64,000 nt of DNA from a virus. The translations under genes and the position numbers were made by a program. Under the pieces are notes generated by a model. That model saw only the letters and a program-made list of their open reading frames with translations, was not told the origin of the DNA and made no database searches. Where the stretch lies: IMG/VR virus record IMGVR_UViG_3300007514_000005, positions 1 through 64,000 of that record; one strand, given 5' to 3'. Position 1 is the stretch's first letter; the number at the start of each line of letters is the position of its first letter. This document shows positions 1 to 9,800 of the stretch, in pieces.

Positions 1-234
1 CCCTAAATTTCGCAAATTTAGCAGGGTCGCCGCCCGCAAAAGTGCGCCAAAAGTGAATTATTCTTGGTAGAAACTCGGAAAAATTGAGACCATTACCGGA
101 ATTCGGACAGGCTCGCAGTAGCACGATTAGCGATAGGCTACAAATGCGAAAATCGCTAGACTGCGCCCCGATTCGGTGATTTCCGCTAGACCTATAAGGA
201 CGGCCTCAATCCCAAACCTACGGAGTGACCTAAA

Positions 235-1023
235 ATGTATGAAAACATGATTTGGAACTTTTGCATAATGATGAATGTAATCTCCGACCTAGCGGTTGGA
301 GATGTTAGAGAAGCGGCTCGTTCGCTTCGCCGAAGTGGTATCGTGGTTCCGGCCATGAACCACAATGTGGTTGTGCTCAATTACGAGCACCCTAACATTG
401 ACGGCGGGTTCAGTATCCTGCCTGAATCGGTGGAGTGGATTAGAGACAGCCTAGCACAGTCGGCGAGTAAAACCGTCAATTGGGCTGAGGCAATCCGCAT
501 CAAGTGTGCCTGTGGCTCATGGTATCCTAAGAACGCCGGATATTATGACCGATGCCGAGAGTGCTTCGCCGCTCTAGGATGGGGCGACAATGAAGCGGCT
601 CTAAGACCACGAGAGACGAGCAAATATGAGGAAGGGGCAAGAATACTAGGAATACGCCTAGTGCCTTTCTCAAGAGACACCACAGGCTACCTCAAGTCGA
701 AGTGGAATGACCGCAGGTTCAACCTGATGGTTGCTCGCCGCCGGATTGGATACCACGCCAACAATGACGGCGCATGGTATTACTCGGGATTGAGGGCGGC
801 TGATGTTGCCTTCGCTCTTGAGATGCTAGGCAAGCACGATGAGGCCGCTGAATATCGGGCAATGCCCGCCAACAAGCAAGTGCATAGGGAAGTCGTCTTC
901 TTCCACTATGTGCATACATCGAACCCGACACAGGTTCGACTTGGCTTCGTTGATGTTGCACTTGCTGACGACCTGATAGCATCAGGCAAGGCAATGAGCG
1001 AGCCAACCGGATACATCGGTTGA
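235..1023 (+). CDS. Hypothetical protein with putative Zn finger (CACG...CREC)
   Basis: 262-aa ORF, GC-richer than the virion module, lone plus-strand gene followed by structured 3' region. True start may be ~271. Confidence 0.7.
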   Translation: MYENMIWNFCIMMNVISDLAVGDVREAARSLRRSGIVVPAMNHNVVVLNYEHPNIDGGFSILPESVEWIRDSLAQSASKTVNWAEAIRIKCACGSWYPKNAGYYDRCRECFAALGWGDNEAALRPRETSKYEEGARILGIRLVPFSRDTTGYLKSKWNDRRFNLMVARRRIGYHANNDGAWYYSGLRAADVAFALEMLGKHDEAAEYRAMPANKQVHREVVFFHYVHTSNPTQVRLGFVDVALADDLIASGKAMSEPTGYIG

Positions 1024-1034
1024 GGCAAATGGGG

Positions 1035-1061
1035 CGTGCTGAGCATCACGAAAAACTGCTC
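1035..1061 (+). other. H-type pseudoknot just 3' of ORF 235-1023
   Basis: CGTG(1035-38)/CACG(1047-50), and loop GAGCA(1041-45) pairs with TGCTC(1057-61) across an A-rich linker AAAAAC. Confidence 0.5.
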
Positions 1062-1070
1062 CCTACCTCA

Positions 1071-1140
1071 GATGCCTAGAACCCGCTCAAGTGGCTTAGA
1101 CAGCGCTTAGAGCACCTTCTAGGGGCATCAGCGCTTTTTT
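1071..1140 (+). terminator. Long imperfect hairpin followed by T-tract
   Basis: GATGCC-TAGAA...TTCTA-GG-GGCATC with inner GCTC/GAGC pairing, then TTTTTT, between convergent genes. Confidence 0.5.
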
Positions 1141-1219
1141 GAGAGACCCCAATAATCACGATGCCCGCCGAGTGCGCATGGTCGCCATGACGCGAAATTT
1201 TTTTCAAATTTTTTCAAAA

Positions 1220-1564
1220 TTACTTTATTAACTTATGTCTGCGATAGAGCGCCCGATTATTTCCGTCCTTTCGCTTGCTCACATACCCATCTCGTATTAG
1301 TGGGCGTAGAATTTGGCCGAGCACAAAGGAAGAAATTTGCTTCCAATGTCTAGGCACTTTTTGAGTGGCCTTAAACGCTAATTCTTCTGTTGTGCGCCAC
1401 TCATCCATAAAGTCGCTGTTGATTACTTCTACGATGCACTTTTGGTATGTGGCGCGTCTAGGCAACGGCCCGTGATTTCTTACCGTGCGGTCTTGAGTCT
1501 TGAATTTAACGCCTGTTATTCGGCTATGCGTCATTCTCTTATTTCTAGGGTATTTTCCGGCCAT
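1220..1564 (-). CDS. Winged-helix DNA-binding protein
   Basis: Basic 114 aa; TTEELA...LGQILRPLIRDGYVSKRK...LY wHTH pattern; overlaps TerL stop. Confidence 0.55.
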   Translation of the reverse strand: MAGKYPRNKRMTHSRITGVKFKTQDRTVRNHGPLPRRATYQKCIVEVINSDFMDEWRTTEELAFKATQKVPRHWKQISSFVLGQILRPLIRDGYVSKRKDGNNRALYRRHKLIK

Positions 1565-3063
1565 TATCTTCGCTTCCTCATCACTTTGCCGCCAAAACTT
1601 GTTGGCGTTCTATTTATTCTCTTCACTCCACCCGACCATTCGCCTTTCCGCATAGTCCTCATAATTGACGGTGCGTTAGGAGTCATATAGGTGAATTGGT
1701 CTAGCGCGTGGGCTAAAGCCATAGCGCAATCGTTGTGTCGGCCCAAGTCTATAATCATTCCATCTCTCCAAGCATGAGTGTTTAACTCTTCCAATAATAT
1801 ATTAACCTGACGGCGGGTTGGGTCGTCACCATACGGGAATATAACCATTTCTCTCTCAAACCATACTCTCATACGGTTCATCAATCCCTGCTTGAGTGTT
1901 CTGTTGCCCACCTTACTCTCGCGGTAGTCAATCATAGCGCCCTTCTGTGAGAGAAGGCTCTCATACATTTGTTGGAATCCTACGGACTCGACTGCGAATG
2001 CAGGTGTGCCGTATCTCTTACTCCATTCTATCATCATGTCTGCCTGTTTATCCGGTGGGAAATCATTTCGTCTCCACATATTTACCAAATGAATAAATCC
2101 TTCCGAATCTTGTTTGAGACATACCATTACAGAATAGTCTTGCCCCAAACCATGTGCAGGGTCGAACCCTATTGCGTATTTACAATCGTCCATCTTCTCT
2201 TGACCCAAAACAGTATCCAAATCTAATTGTTTGTGGGTTAAAGAACGGGGATATACCGCCGCCTCATCATCTATGACTTTACACATATACTCTTGAATGA
2301 AGGATAACTCACCCATAGCCTGTTTTTGCTCAAGCAAGAAATCTATCGGCCTAAACTCAGGCCATAATTCTAACGGCTTTACATTTTCGGGGTCAGCCTT
2401 GTATTCATCCCAATTGATAACAGCAGACCATGTTCCACTCTTCCATGTATCGTTGTCTAGCATTTCCGTGTGGTAAAGGTCAGTCATAGACAGGGGCGTT
2501 CCAACGCAATAGATAGATGTTCCCGGCGAAAGCATAGGTGTGACTTTTTTCCTAAACCATTCCCGAATCGTATCGTAATTTTGGTCGCCGGAATCATCCA
2601 ACACATCGTCAAACGCGATACAGGCAGGGTGCTCACCACGAATAGCAGACCCTACTGATGTAGCGCGTATCCATGCGCCATTTGTGAATCGTAATTCTAA
2701 TTTGTTCCCCCTGCGGGAATCAAGATACTTACTCAATTGAGGGTGTCGCTTCATATCTTCGCGTATTTCCTCAAGTCTTCGTATAGCCAAATCCTTACTC
2801 GCGGAAAACAACCAACAGGTGAATGCCTTATTGCGCCACTTCTCAAAGAGTGCGCTGTGAAGTAATTTAACCCTCAAAGTAGTAGATTTACTGTGGTCTC
2901 TTGGTGCAATAACACAGACCCTATGGACTTGCACATCACCGCGCTCACCATACATCTCCATCCATTCGCCAATGTGGTCGCCCCAAGTATAACCCAACCA
3001 CTTGTAGAAGTATTCTACATCATTGCGGGAGCGAGCCATAGCAAAGTCTGTATTGAATTTCAT
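1564..3063 (-). CDS. terL: Terminase large subunit
   Basis: Walker A-like APRDHSKST, IRGEH, Walker B IAFDD, GTP coupling motif, FIQEYMC, RNase H-like nuclease GFDPA...HNDCAMALA. Confidence 0.93.
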   Translation of the reverse strand: MKFNTDFAMARSRNDVEYFYKWLGYTWGDHIGEWMEMYGERGDVQVHRVCVIAPRDHSKSTTLRVKLLHSALFEKWRNKAFTCWLFSASKDLAIRRLEEIREDMKRHPQLSKYLDSRRGNKLELRFTNGAWIRATSVGSAIRGEHPACIAFDDVLDDSGDQNYDTIREWFRKKVTPMLSPGTSIYCVGTPLSMTDLYHTEMLDNDTWKSGTWSAVINWDEYKADPENVKPLELWPEFRPIDFLLEQKQAMGELSFIQEYMCKVIDDEAAVYPRSLTHKQLDLDTVLGQEKMDDCKYAIGFDPAHGLGQDYSVMVCLKQDSEGFIHLVNMWRRNDFPPDKQADMMIEWSKRYGTPAFAVESVGFQQMYESLLSQKGAMIDYRESKVGNRTLKQGLMNRMRVWFEREMVIFPYGDDPTRRQVNILLEELNTHAWRDGMIIDLGRHNDCAMALAHALDQFTYMTPNAPSIMRTMRKGEWSGGVKRINRTPTSFGGKVMRKRR

Positions 3064-3185
3064 TATGCGGGCCTCAGTTTATCTTTGTTGCAATATGGGC
3101 AAATACCGGACTCGGCCTTGCTCTTCATCATGCGCTCGGCTTTCCAACCGCACCCATCACATTCTGCTGATACCCAATCAACCAT
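3063..3185 (-). CDS. Zn-ribbon microprotein (40 aa, not in ORF track)
   Basis: MVDWVSAECDGCGWKAERMMKSKAESGICPYCNKDKLRPA; two CxxC; its TAA overlaps the TerL ATG. Confidence 0.7.
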   Translation of the reverse strand: MVDWVSAECDGCGWKAERMMKSKAESGICPYCNKDKLRPA

Positions 3186-4653
3186 GTCGCACCACCGGAC
3201 AGAAATGATAGCCTATAACGCCCTGCTCCCTATCTACTATGTGCGCAATCATACCCGCACGATTCATAGTATAACCTTTCTTGTAGTGGTATCTATCATG
3301 CCCTGCTAGACTAGGTAATTGCATAATCAATGCGCCATTCATTTCAGTAGTTTTCATGTAATGCAAATGTCCATGAAACCAAGTGTGGTGTTCTAAATCA
3401 CCCCAAGCCTGTCTTTCTTCTGTCGCCATAAGAGCGGGTAGGTCATTACCCTTCACGCCGTCTCCGTGTGTAAATCCTAACAAGTTATTTCCATATTGGA
3501 GATACTGCCTAGTTTTGGGGTCACAAACAACCTTTACATCATCACACTCTTCGTAAGCCGCTTCAAGGTAGAGCATTAAAGCCAAAGCACTATGTCTATC
3601 GTGATTACCACGCATGAATACTACTTCAACAGGCGCAACACTTCTAAGCATATCAATGTGTTCTCTCGCTAACTTGCACCCTTCCATCAAAATTTGAGCG
3701 GGGCTTGCCGCCATATCTTGCGGTGTGCCTTTGGTAGTGCTACCATCTTCGTTGTCTATGTGAAACCAATCAGAACCCGTAGCAACAATAATCTTCTCAG
3801 GCCTACCGCTAAAACGACCTATGAGATTGCTCGTTGAAGAAAGAAGTCTCTCGCGCGCAATATCTAGTGTATATTCTTCGCCTACTTCGTCCTTCCATCC
3901 GTGCTTACCGTAATGTAAGTCGGTAGGAGACATAACTACTGCGTATGGCTCTTCTGAGGAAGTCATCTTGTATGGCTTTACTTTACCTGCCTTTTCTTGG
4001 AGAAGTGACTTAAACTCAGCCGCCCATGTCTCCTGAATAAGTCTGTAATTATCGGCATCCTTTTCAATACTAGCCCAATACTTCTTATTGGCCTTTTCTA
4101 AGACCCTGTTCCTCTTTGATTCTACAATATCTTCTACTAGAGTCTCTACACTCTTCGTCTCTATCTCTTCATCGGTGTAAATATCCATAGCGTGTGTCCA
4201 ACCACAGACTTTCACATAGTTATGGATGAAGGAAGTAGGAAGTCCAAATTTTCTACTCATCTCTTCAACGGTTGCGTTGCCCCCGTCCTTAGAGTAAGTC
4301 CTTTTCATGGCCCTGTGTGTGTCGCCCTCAATACAAACTAACTGTTTAGTATCCAAAGCCACACTCAAGTAAGTATCGCTATTCTCATCGTAATAGATAT
4401 GCTTTAATTTATCTTTGAAACTAATAGCCTCATAATCCTCTTTCTTGTATAGGTCATCTAGTGAGCGCTTCGATTTCTTGGCCCAACGGTAAATGAGCGT
4501 GCGCCAACCATCTATTGTGCGTCTTGGCTCTAATTTGTGTAGATACTTTGCAAACTCGGTCTTACTCACAAAGGAGCGTTCTGCGGCAGTCTTCTCTATC
4601 AGGTCAATTCCACCCACATACCTTTCGGTAGTGGTGTCGTCTCCGTTCCCCAT
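3178..4653 (-). CDS. Calcineurin-like metallophosphoesterase with N-terminal HTH region
   Basis: DLHYG, GSDWFH, GNHD, THG, HGHLH motifs. Start placed at MGNGDD (4653), ~25 nt from a TTATAA box; the ORF track extends to 4731. Confidence 0.85.
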   Translation of the reverse strand: MGNGDDTTTERYVGGIDLIEKTAAERSFVSKTEFAKYLHKLEPRRTIDGWRTLIYRWAKKSKRSLDDLYKKEDYEAISFKDKLKHIYYDENSDTYLSVALDTKQLVCIEGDTHRAMKRTYSKDGGNATVEEMSRKFGLPTSFIHNYVKVCGWTHAMDIYTDEEIETKSVETLVEDIVESKRNRVLEKANKKYWASIEKDADNYRLIQETWAAEFKSLLQEKAGKVKPYKMTSSEEPYAVVMSPTDLHYGKHGWKDEVGEEYTLDIARERLLSSTSNLIGRFSGRPEKIIVATGSDWFHIDNEDGSTTKGTPQDMAASPAQILMEGCKLAREHIDMLRSVAPVEVVFMRGNHDRHSALALMLYLEAAYEECDDVKVVCDPKTRQYLQYGNNLLGFTHGDGVKGNDLPALMATEERQAWGDLEHHTWFHGHLHYMKTTEMNGALIMQLPSLAGHDRYHYKKGYTMNRAGMIAHIVDREQGVIGYHFCPVVRHG

Positions 4654-4677
4654 GAACAAGTGTTCAGGATTGAGTCT

Positions 4678-4922
4678 TATAAGCATTGGTATGTATTTAA
4701 TTTGTTTGAGATTTCTATTGCCTCTAAACAAAATTATAGGCTCGCAGTATAACGGTTTTGTAATTTCTTCAATTCTTTCAATGGTATGTCCGGTATTCCC
4801 CCCTCTTTCTACTCTCAGACACCATTGAAGAAATTAAAGAAAAAGGAAGAAATAGAGTGGTATAGCGAATAATTTTGTTCAAAAACAGGAAAAAGTGTAA
4901 AAAGAATACACGAATGCTTATA
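4678..4922. promoter_or_regulatory. Divergent promoter pair AATGCTTATA
   Basis: Identical 10-mer on minus (4678-4687) and plus (4913-4922), each ~25 nt upstream of an ATG (4653, 4947). Confidence 0.65.
4732..4875. repeat. Quasi-palindromic iteron-like element A
   Basis: (TTTCTTCAA)-like repeats + TGGT, pyrimidine-rich spacer, ACCATTGAAGAAAT. 4732-4785 matches the reverse complement of 54907-54960 at 46/54 ungapped. Confidence 0.8.
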
Positions 4923-4946
4923 TGATGCTATCATCTCAAAGAAATT

Positions 4947-6359
4947 ATGGCGGAGAGAACCCTATGGGATAGATTGCTCGGTAGAAATGTCGAGGCGGAG
5001 TTAGAAAAGCGAATTCCAACCAATAATACCTTCAAAGCAGTAGCGGGAATACCTGATATTGTGCGAGACACAGAAAAACTCAACAAGGACAGTAATTATG
5101 ATAACGAATTCGATATGTATGACCTGATGCTAAAACTAGACCCCGAATTAAATGGCGCTGTTCGTGCAGTCTCCCTTACTGCTAACAATTTTGAGATTCA
5201 GTATGATAAGGCTAAGAATGCTCGCATACGCAATGGGATTAGAGAATTGGTAGAAGAGACGCTTGACTTTGACGATATTATGATTAACGCCATGCGTAAT
5301 CTAATGGTCTATGGGAATGATATTAACAAGATTGTAGGGAAGCAGGGTGAAGGAATCACAGATTTGCAGAACCTACCCGTAGCACAAGTGAATATCGTAG
5401 ATGAGCGGGGCGGTCTTGGGTCTTATTTCGTTGCATCGAAAGAAAACCCCATTATCAAGCCCGTCACATATATGCTACGAGAGGCTTCCAATTATGAAAA
5501 GGCAATTTCAGCAGATGAGGTTCTTCATTTCAAGGTTGATTACCGAAGCAATTGGTTCGTAGATAATAAGGGCCGAAGCACCTATGGTATTTGGGGCGCT
5601 TCTCGATTCTCAGCACTTAAGCAAGCGATACGCATGAAGTATAACTCGATGAATAACCGAGTAAGTCTTGAGGACTCAATGACTAAGCAGTATATCACCA
5701 TAGACAAGTCTGCTATTGAGCATATCCAAGACCCTGCTGAGCAATACGACAGACTCAACACAATTATGAATGATGTTATTTCGCTCTTTGAAGGATTACG
5801 CGGAGACCAAATTCCCGTGCTTCCTCACTATGTAGAGATACACCATGTGGATTTGGAGAATGCACTACCAAACAGTAGTGATTTCTTAGACGCTATTAAC
5901 GGAGATATAGCGGCTGTTCTCCAAGTGCCGAGAGTAGCCGCAGGTCAAGAGCGCGGTTCAACATTCGCCGCAACATACAACGCGAACCTTTGGGCTGTTC
6001 AGGCTATTAGTAGAATGCACAAGATTTTAGAGCAAGCCTGTGCAGAATTGTTTTCCATGCACCTTACTTTACTCGGCATAGAACATAGGAGAATAGACCT
6101 ACCTAGAATTAAGTTTGATGCTATGGACAGCGAAACCCCACTCAACATTATGCAAAGGGCAGTCATGGGGTATGACGCAGGAATTCTTACACTTAACCAA
6201 GCGTTAGAATTAGTCAATATGCCGAAGGCGAAGAAAGAAGAGGGAGACGAAAGAAAAGACCTTAACCCGATAGCGCCACAGACGGGTGAATTGCCCGCAG
6301 AAAATTCACAAGAAGGCAAGCCTTCTGAACAAAAGGACTCAAAACAAGGGGATAATTGA
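4947..6359 (+). CDS. Portal protein
   Basis: 470 aa, first gene of the virion module; DPELNGAV, NLMVYGND, YGIWGASRF, IAAVLQVP and GILTLNQALELV patterns typical of portals. Confidence 0.85.
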   Translation: MAERTLWDRLLGRNVEAELEKRIPTNNTFKAVAGIPDIVRDTEKLNKDSNYDNEFDMYDLMLKLDPELNGAVRAVSLTANNFEIQYDKAKNARIRNGIRELVEETLDFDDIMINAMRNLMVYGNDINKIVGKQGEGITDLQNLPVAQVNIVDERGGLGSYFVASKENPIIKPVTYMLREASNYEKAISADEVLHFKVDYRSNWFVDNKGRSTYGIWGASRFSALKQAIRMKYNSMNNRVSLEDSMTKQYITIDKSAIEHIQDPAEQYDRLNTIMNDVISLFEGLRGDQIPVLPHYVEIHHVDLENALPNSSDFLDAINGDIAAVLQVPRVAAGQERGSTFAATYNANLWAVQAISRMHKILEQACAELFSMHLTLLGIEHRRIDLPRIKFDAMDSETPLNIMQRAVMGYDAGILTLNQALELVNMPKAKKEEGDERKDLNPIAPQTGELPAENSQEGKPSEQKDSKQGDN

Positions 6360-6385
6360 TAAATCAATCAGCGCGTTTATGAATC

Positions 6386-6826
6386 ATGCGCAAGCCTGCC
6401 CCTAATGATTCACTAATGCTTATGTTCGGAACGGCGGTAGTATTGGCGTGGGTAGTGATAGCCGCGTCAGCCTCTTACTACTCTCTTGTTGAACAGCGAG
6501 ATATTTCAGATTCTCAATTAACCGTAATAGGCCTTCTCGGTGGGCCTGCTCTTCTGATTATCACAAGCGTCCTTGATTTGTTTAAGGGTAAGGAGACTGC
6601 GAAAATTAACATTCTACCCGATGAATTGGCTTCCGAAGTAGCGGCTACTGAGGCACATAAGAGCCACACAAGATTGATGCAAGAATTAAGAATCAAGCAC
6701 GAATTGGAGATGGAAGCGCTAAGACAAAAGCACGACCTTAAGATGGATGATTTCGTCACGACTTCGGGTGGTAAAAATTCTTCTGAATTGAAGACTATTC
6801 TACCGAAGAAGAAGAAAGACCGATAA
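6386..6826 (+). CDS. Two-TM membrane protein with coiled-coil tail
   Basis: Two hydrophobic segments, then charged helical C-terminus; own ATAAATCA promoter-like box. Confidence 0.65.
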   Translation: MRKPAPNDSLMLMFGTAVVLAWVVIAASASYYSLVEQRDISDSQLTVIGLLGGPALLIITSVLDLFKGKETAKINILPDELASEVAATEAHKSHTRLMQELRIKHELEMEALRQKHDLKMDDFVTTSGGKNSSELKTILPKKKKDR

Positions 6827-6851
6827 ATCACTCATTAGTTAAGGTAATCGT

Positions 6852-9800
6852 ATGGCGCGGAATCGTAAATTGCAGAACCGTATTGGAACGCAACATATTA
6901 CGGATGAGGCGGAAGCCTCGATAGCCGCCCAAGCGACTATTACCGATGAGCAAATAGAAGATGTAGTCGGCGGTATGCTTGACGGCACAGAAACATTCAT
7001 TGCAGTATCGTATGACGACACAGACGGTAATTTGGACTTTGTTGTTGCTACCAAAGATGAAGACAATATGGCTTCCAATTCTTCTACACATTTACCTACT
7101 CAGCAGTCTGTTAAGACCTATGTTGATGCAGAAGTGGCGGGCATCGTTGATTCAGCGCCCGCCGCACTCAATACTCTAAATGAATTGGCGGCGGCATTAG
7201 GAGATGACGCAAACTACGCTACTACCACTACTACCGCTCTAGGTAATAGGTTAAGAGTAGATACTGCTTCGCAAGGACTTTCAAGCACACAACAAAGCAA
7301 CGCCCTCACTAATTTGGGTATAACTGCTAGTAAGGCTGAAATAAACATATTGGATAATGGGCTTTCAGCAGGCGATATTCCAAGCCTTGCTACATCTAAG
7401 ATTACAAGCGGAACATTCTCGACAGCGTTTATTGCTGACGATGCTATTACCGCAGGAAAATTGGCTGTAAGTGGGAATGGTTCTACTGCTCAATTCCTTC
7501 GCTCAGACGGTGACGGTAGTTTTTCATGGGCCGTTCCCGTAGATACTACTTACTCAGTAGGTGATGGTGGTTTAACACAAAGAAATTTCACTTCTACGCT
7601 AAAGGATAAATTAGATAGCGTAGCCATGAATGCAAACAATTATTCTCTTTCTTCTGACCTACTAGATGAAGATAACATGGCTTCTAACTCGGCTACAAAG
7701 GTTGCTACTCAGCAATCTATCAAAGCGTATGTGGATGCAGAAGTCGCAGGTGTTGTTGATTCTGCCCCTTCCGCTCTTAACACATTAAATGAGTTAGCGG
7801 CGGCTCTTGGAGACGATGCTAATTACGCAACGACTACTTCTACTGCTTTGGGCAACAGACTTAGGGTTGATACTGCTTCACAGGGTCTTAATGGAACACA
7901 GCAGTCAAATGCGAGAACAAACTTAGGTTTGGGAACGGCGGCTACTTTATCCGGCACAGGTGCAGTAGCAAACGGTAATGCAGGTCTAGTCACGGGCGAC
8001 ACAGTATATGACTACATAGCGGCGCAGGGAACATTCGGTGGTTTAAGTGCTGTGGTAGGCGATACTACACCGGAATTAGGTGGAGACCTAGATGTGCAGG
8101 CTCGTAAGATTTACACTAGCACTTCAAATGGTGATATAACACTTGAACCCAAAGATAAGGTGATAGTGAAAACGGGAACATCAGGTAATGATGGTTATTT
8201 GCAGATTCTAGGTGATGGTAATAATGCTGATGCAAAATTAAGATTCACAAACGGCACTTATGGATGCAACATAATTCTAGTTAGAACACAACCAAATACT
8301 CTCAAAATTGAAGGTTCTTCTTCATTCAAATTCGATTGCCGCACTTCTACTTCGGGCATGACCTTCCCCGATGGAACGACTCAAAACACGGCGGCTACAA
8401 GCCTGACTCTTCTTGACGAAGATAATATGGCTACCAATAGCGCTACTGCCGCCGCTTCACAACAGTCAATAAAGGCGTATGTTGATGCTGAGGTTGCGGG
8501 TATTGTTGATTCTGCACCTTCGGCTTTGAATACTCTAAACGAGTTAGCCGCCGCTTTGGGTGATGATGCTAACTATGCCGCCACTACTACTACTGCTCTA
8601 GGACAAAAATTAGTCAAAGCAAGCAACCTGTCTGATTTGACTAACGCGGGAACAGCGAGAACAAACTTGGGCTTAGGGGCGGCGGCAGTAAAGGCTGTTG
8701 CTACTGATGGCGCAGGTGGTGTTGCTGACGGAGAAGCGGGGTTAGTCACAGGTAATGCAGTATATGATTATGTGGCCGCAAACGGTGGAGATAGTAATGC
8801 AGGGGCGGCAAATGGTTCAGCGTCCGCTCCCGCCTTTTCATTCTCAGGTGATAACGACACAGGTATGTATTACAAAAGCAACAACACATTAGGGTTCGCC
8901 ACAGGCGGCACTTTCAGGATGAGTATTGATAACAACGGGCATCTTTTGGGATTAAACAATTTGCATATCGCAGGGTGGGGGTCTTACTCTTACCCCGCTA
9001 TTACTATGGGGGGCGACACAGATACCGGAATAGGTGCAGATGGCGCTAACGGACTTTTCATAGGCACAGGTGGTAGCCCACGAGTGAAGATACAAGGAGA
9101 TGTTGTAGATTTCGTGAATTCAAAGATTAAACTTGGTGGTTCATACGGTTCAGATGGGCAGGTTCTCACTTCCACAGGAAGTGGTGTTGCTTGGGAGAAC
9201 GCAAGTGGGGGTATATCCGATATTGTAAGTGATACATCACCACAGTTAGGTGGTAATTTGGATACTCAAGGGTATTACATTCAAAGTAGCACTTCAAATA
9301 AAACGGTAATAAAACCCGGAGCGGGAAGCGGAAATCCTCAAGTTAGTATCGGAGATGATAGCAACAATCCCGGCATTTTGAGAGTAGGTAGTAATGGGGT
9401 GGATAACGCACTACCCCTTGCTGTTAGCGTCAAGAATTCATCTAACAGCGCACAACAGACCGCCGCGTATTTCTTAGCAGGTAATCAACACTCTTCCGCA
9501 AGGGCGGCAGGATTTGGGCCTAAGATAGAATTTAGGGCTTCTTCCGGCACGCAATATAGCGGCCAAGTATCGGCTACAATAGGCACTAAACAAATAGGAA
9601 CAGGAGAGTCAGCAAACCACGACCTACACCTTGAGGCAGGTGGAACAGGTAAAATTAGGTTTAATGACGAATTTTCATTCCCTGCGGCTGATGGTTCTAG
9701 CGGCCAAGTGTTGCAGACCGATGGTTCAGGAACATTGTCTTGGGCGACAGCAGGCGGCGGAGACTCTTGGGGAACGGCGGTAGATGCTCATATTATTCCT

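Noticed and set aside
1039-1056. Hammerhead ribozyme (CTGAGCA...GAAA)
   Set aside because: Core deviates from CUGAnGA and stems I-III cannot be formed; a pseudoknot fits better.
7055-8600. Fibre repeats as DGR template/variable repeats
   Set aside because: No reverse transcriptase; differences are mostly synonymous, not adenine-specific, and all copies are in-frame coding.
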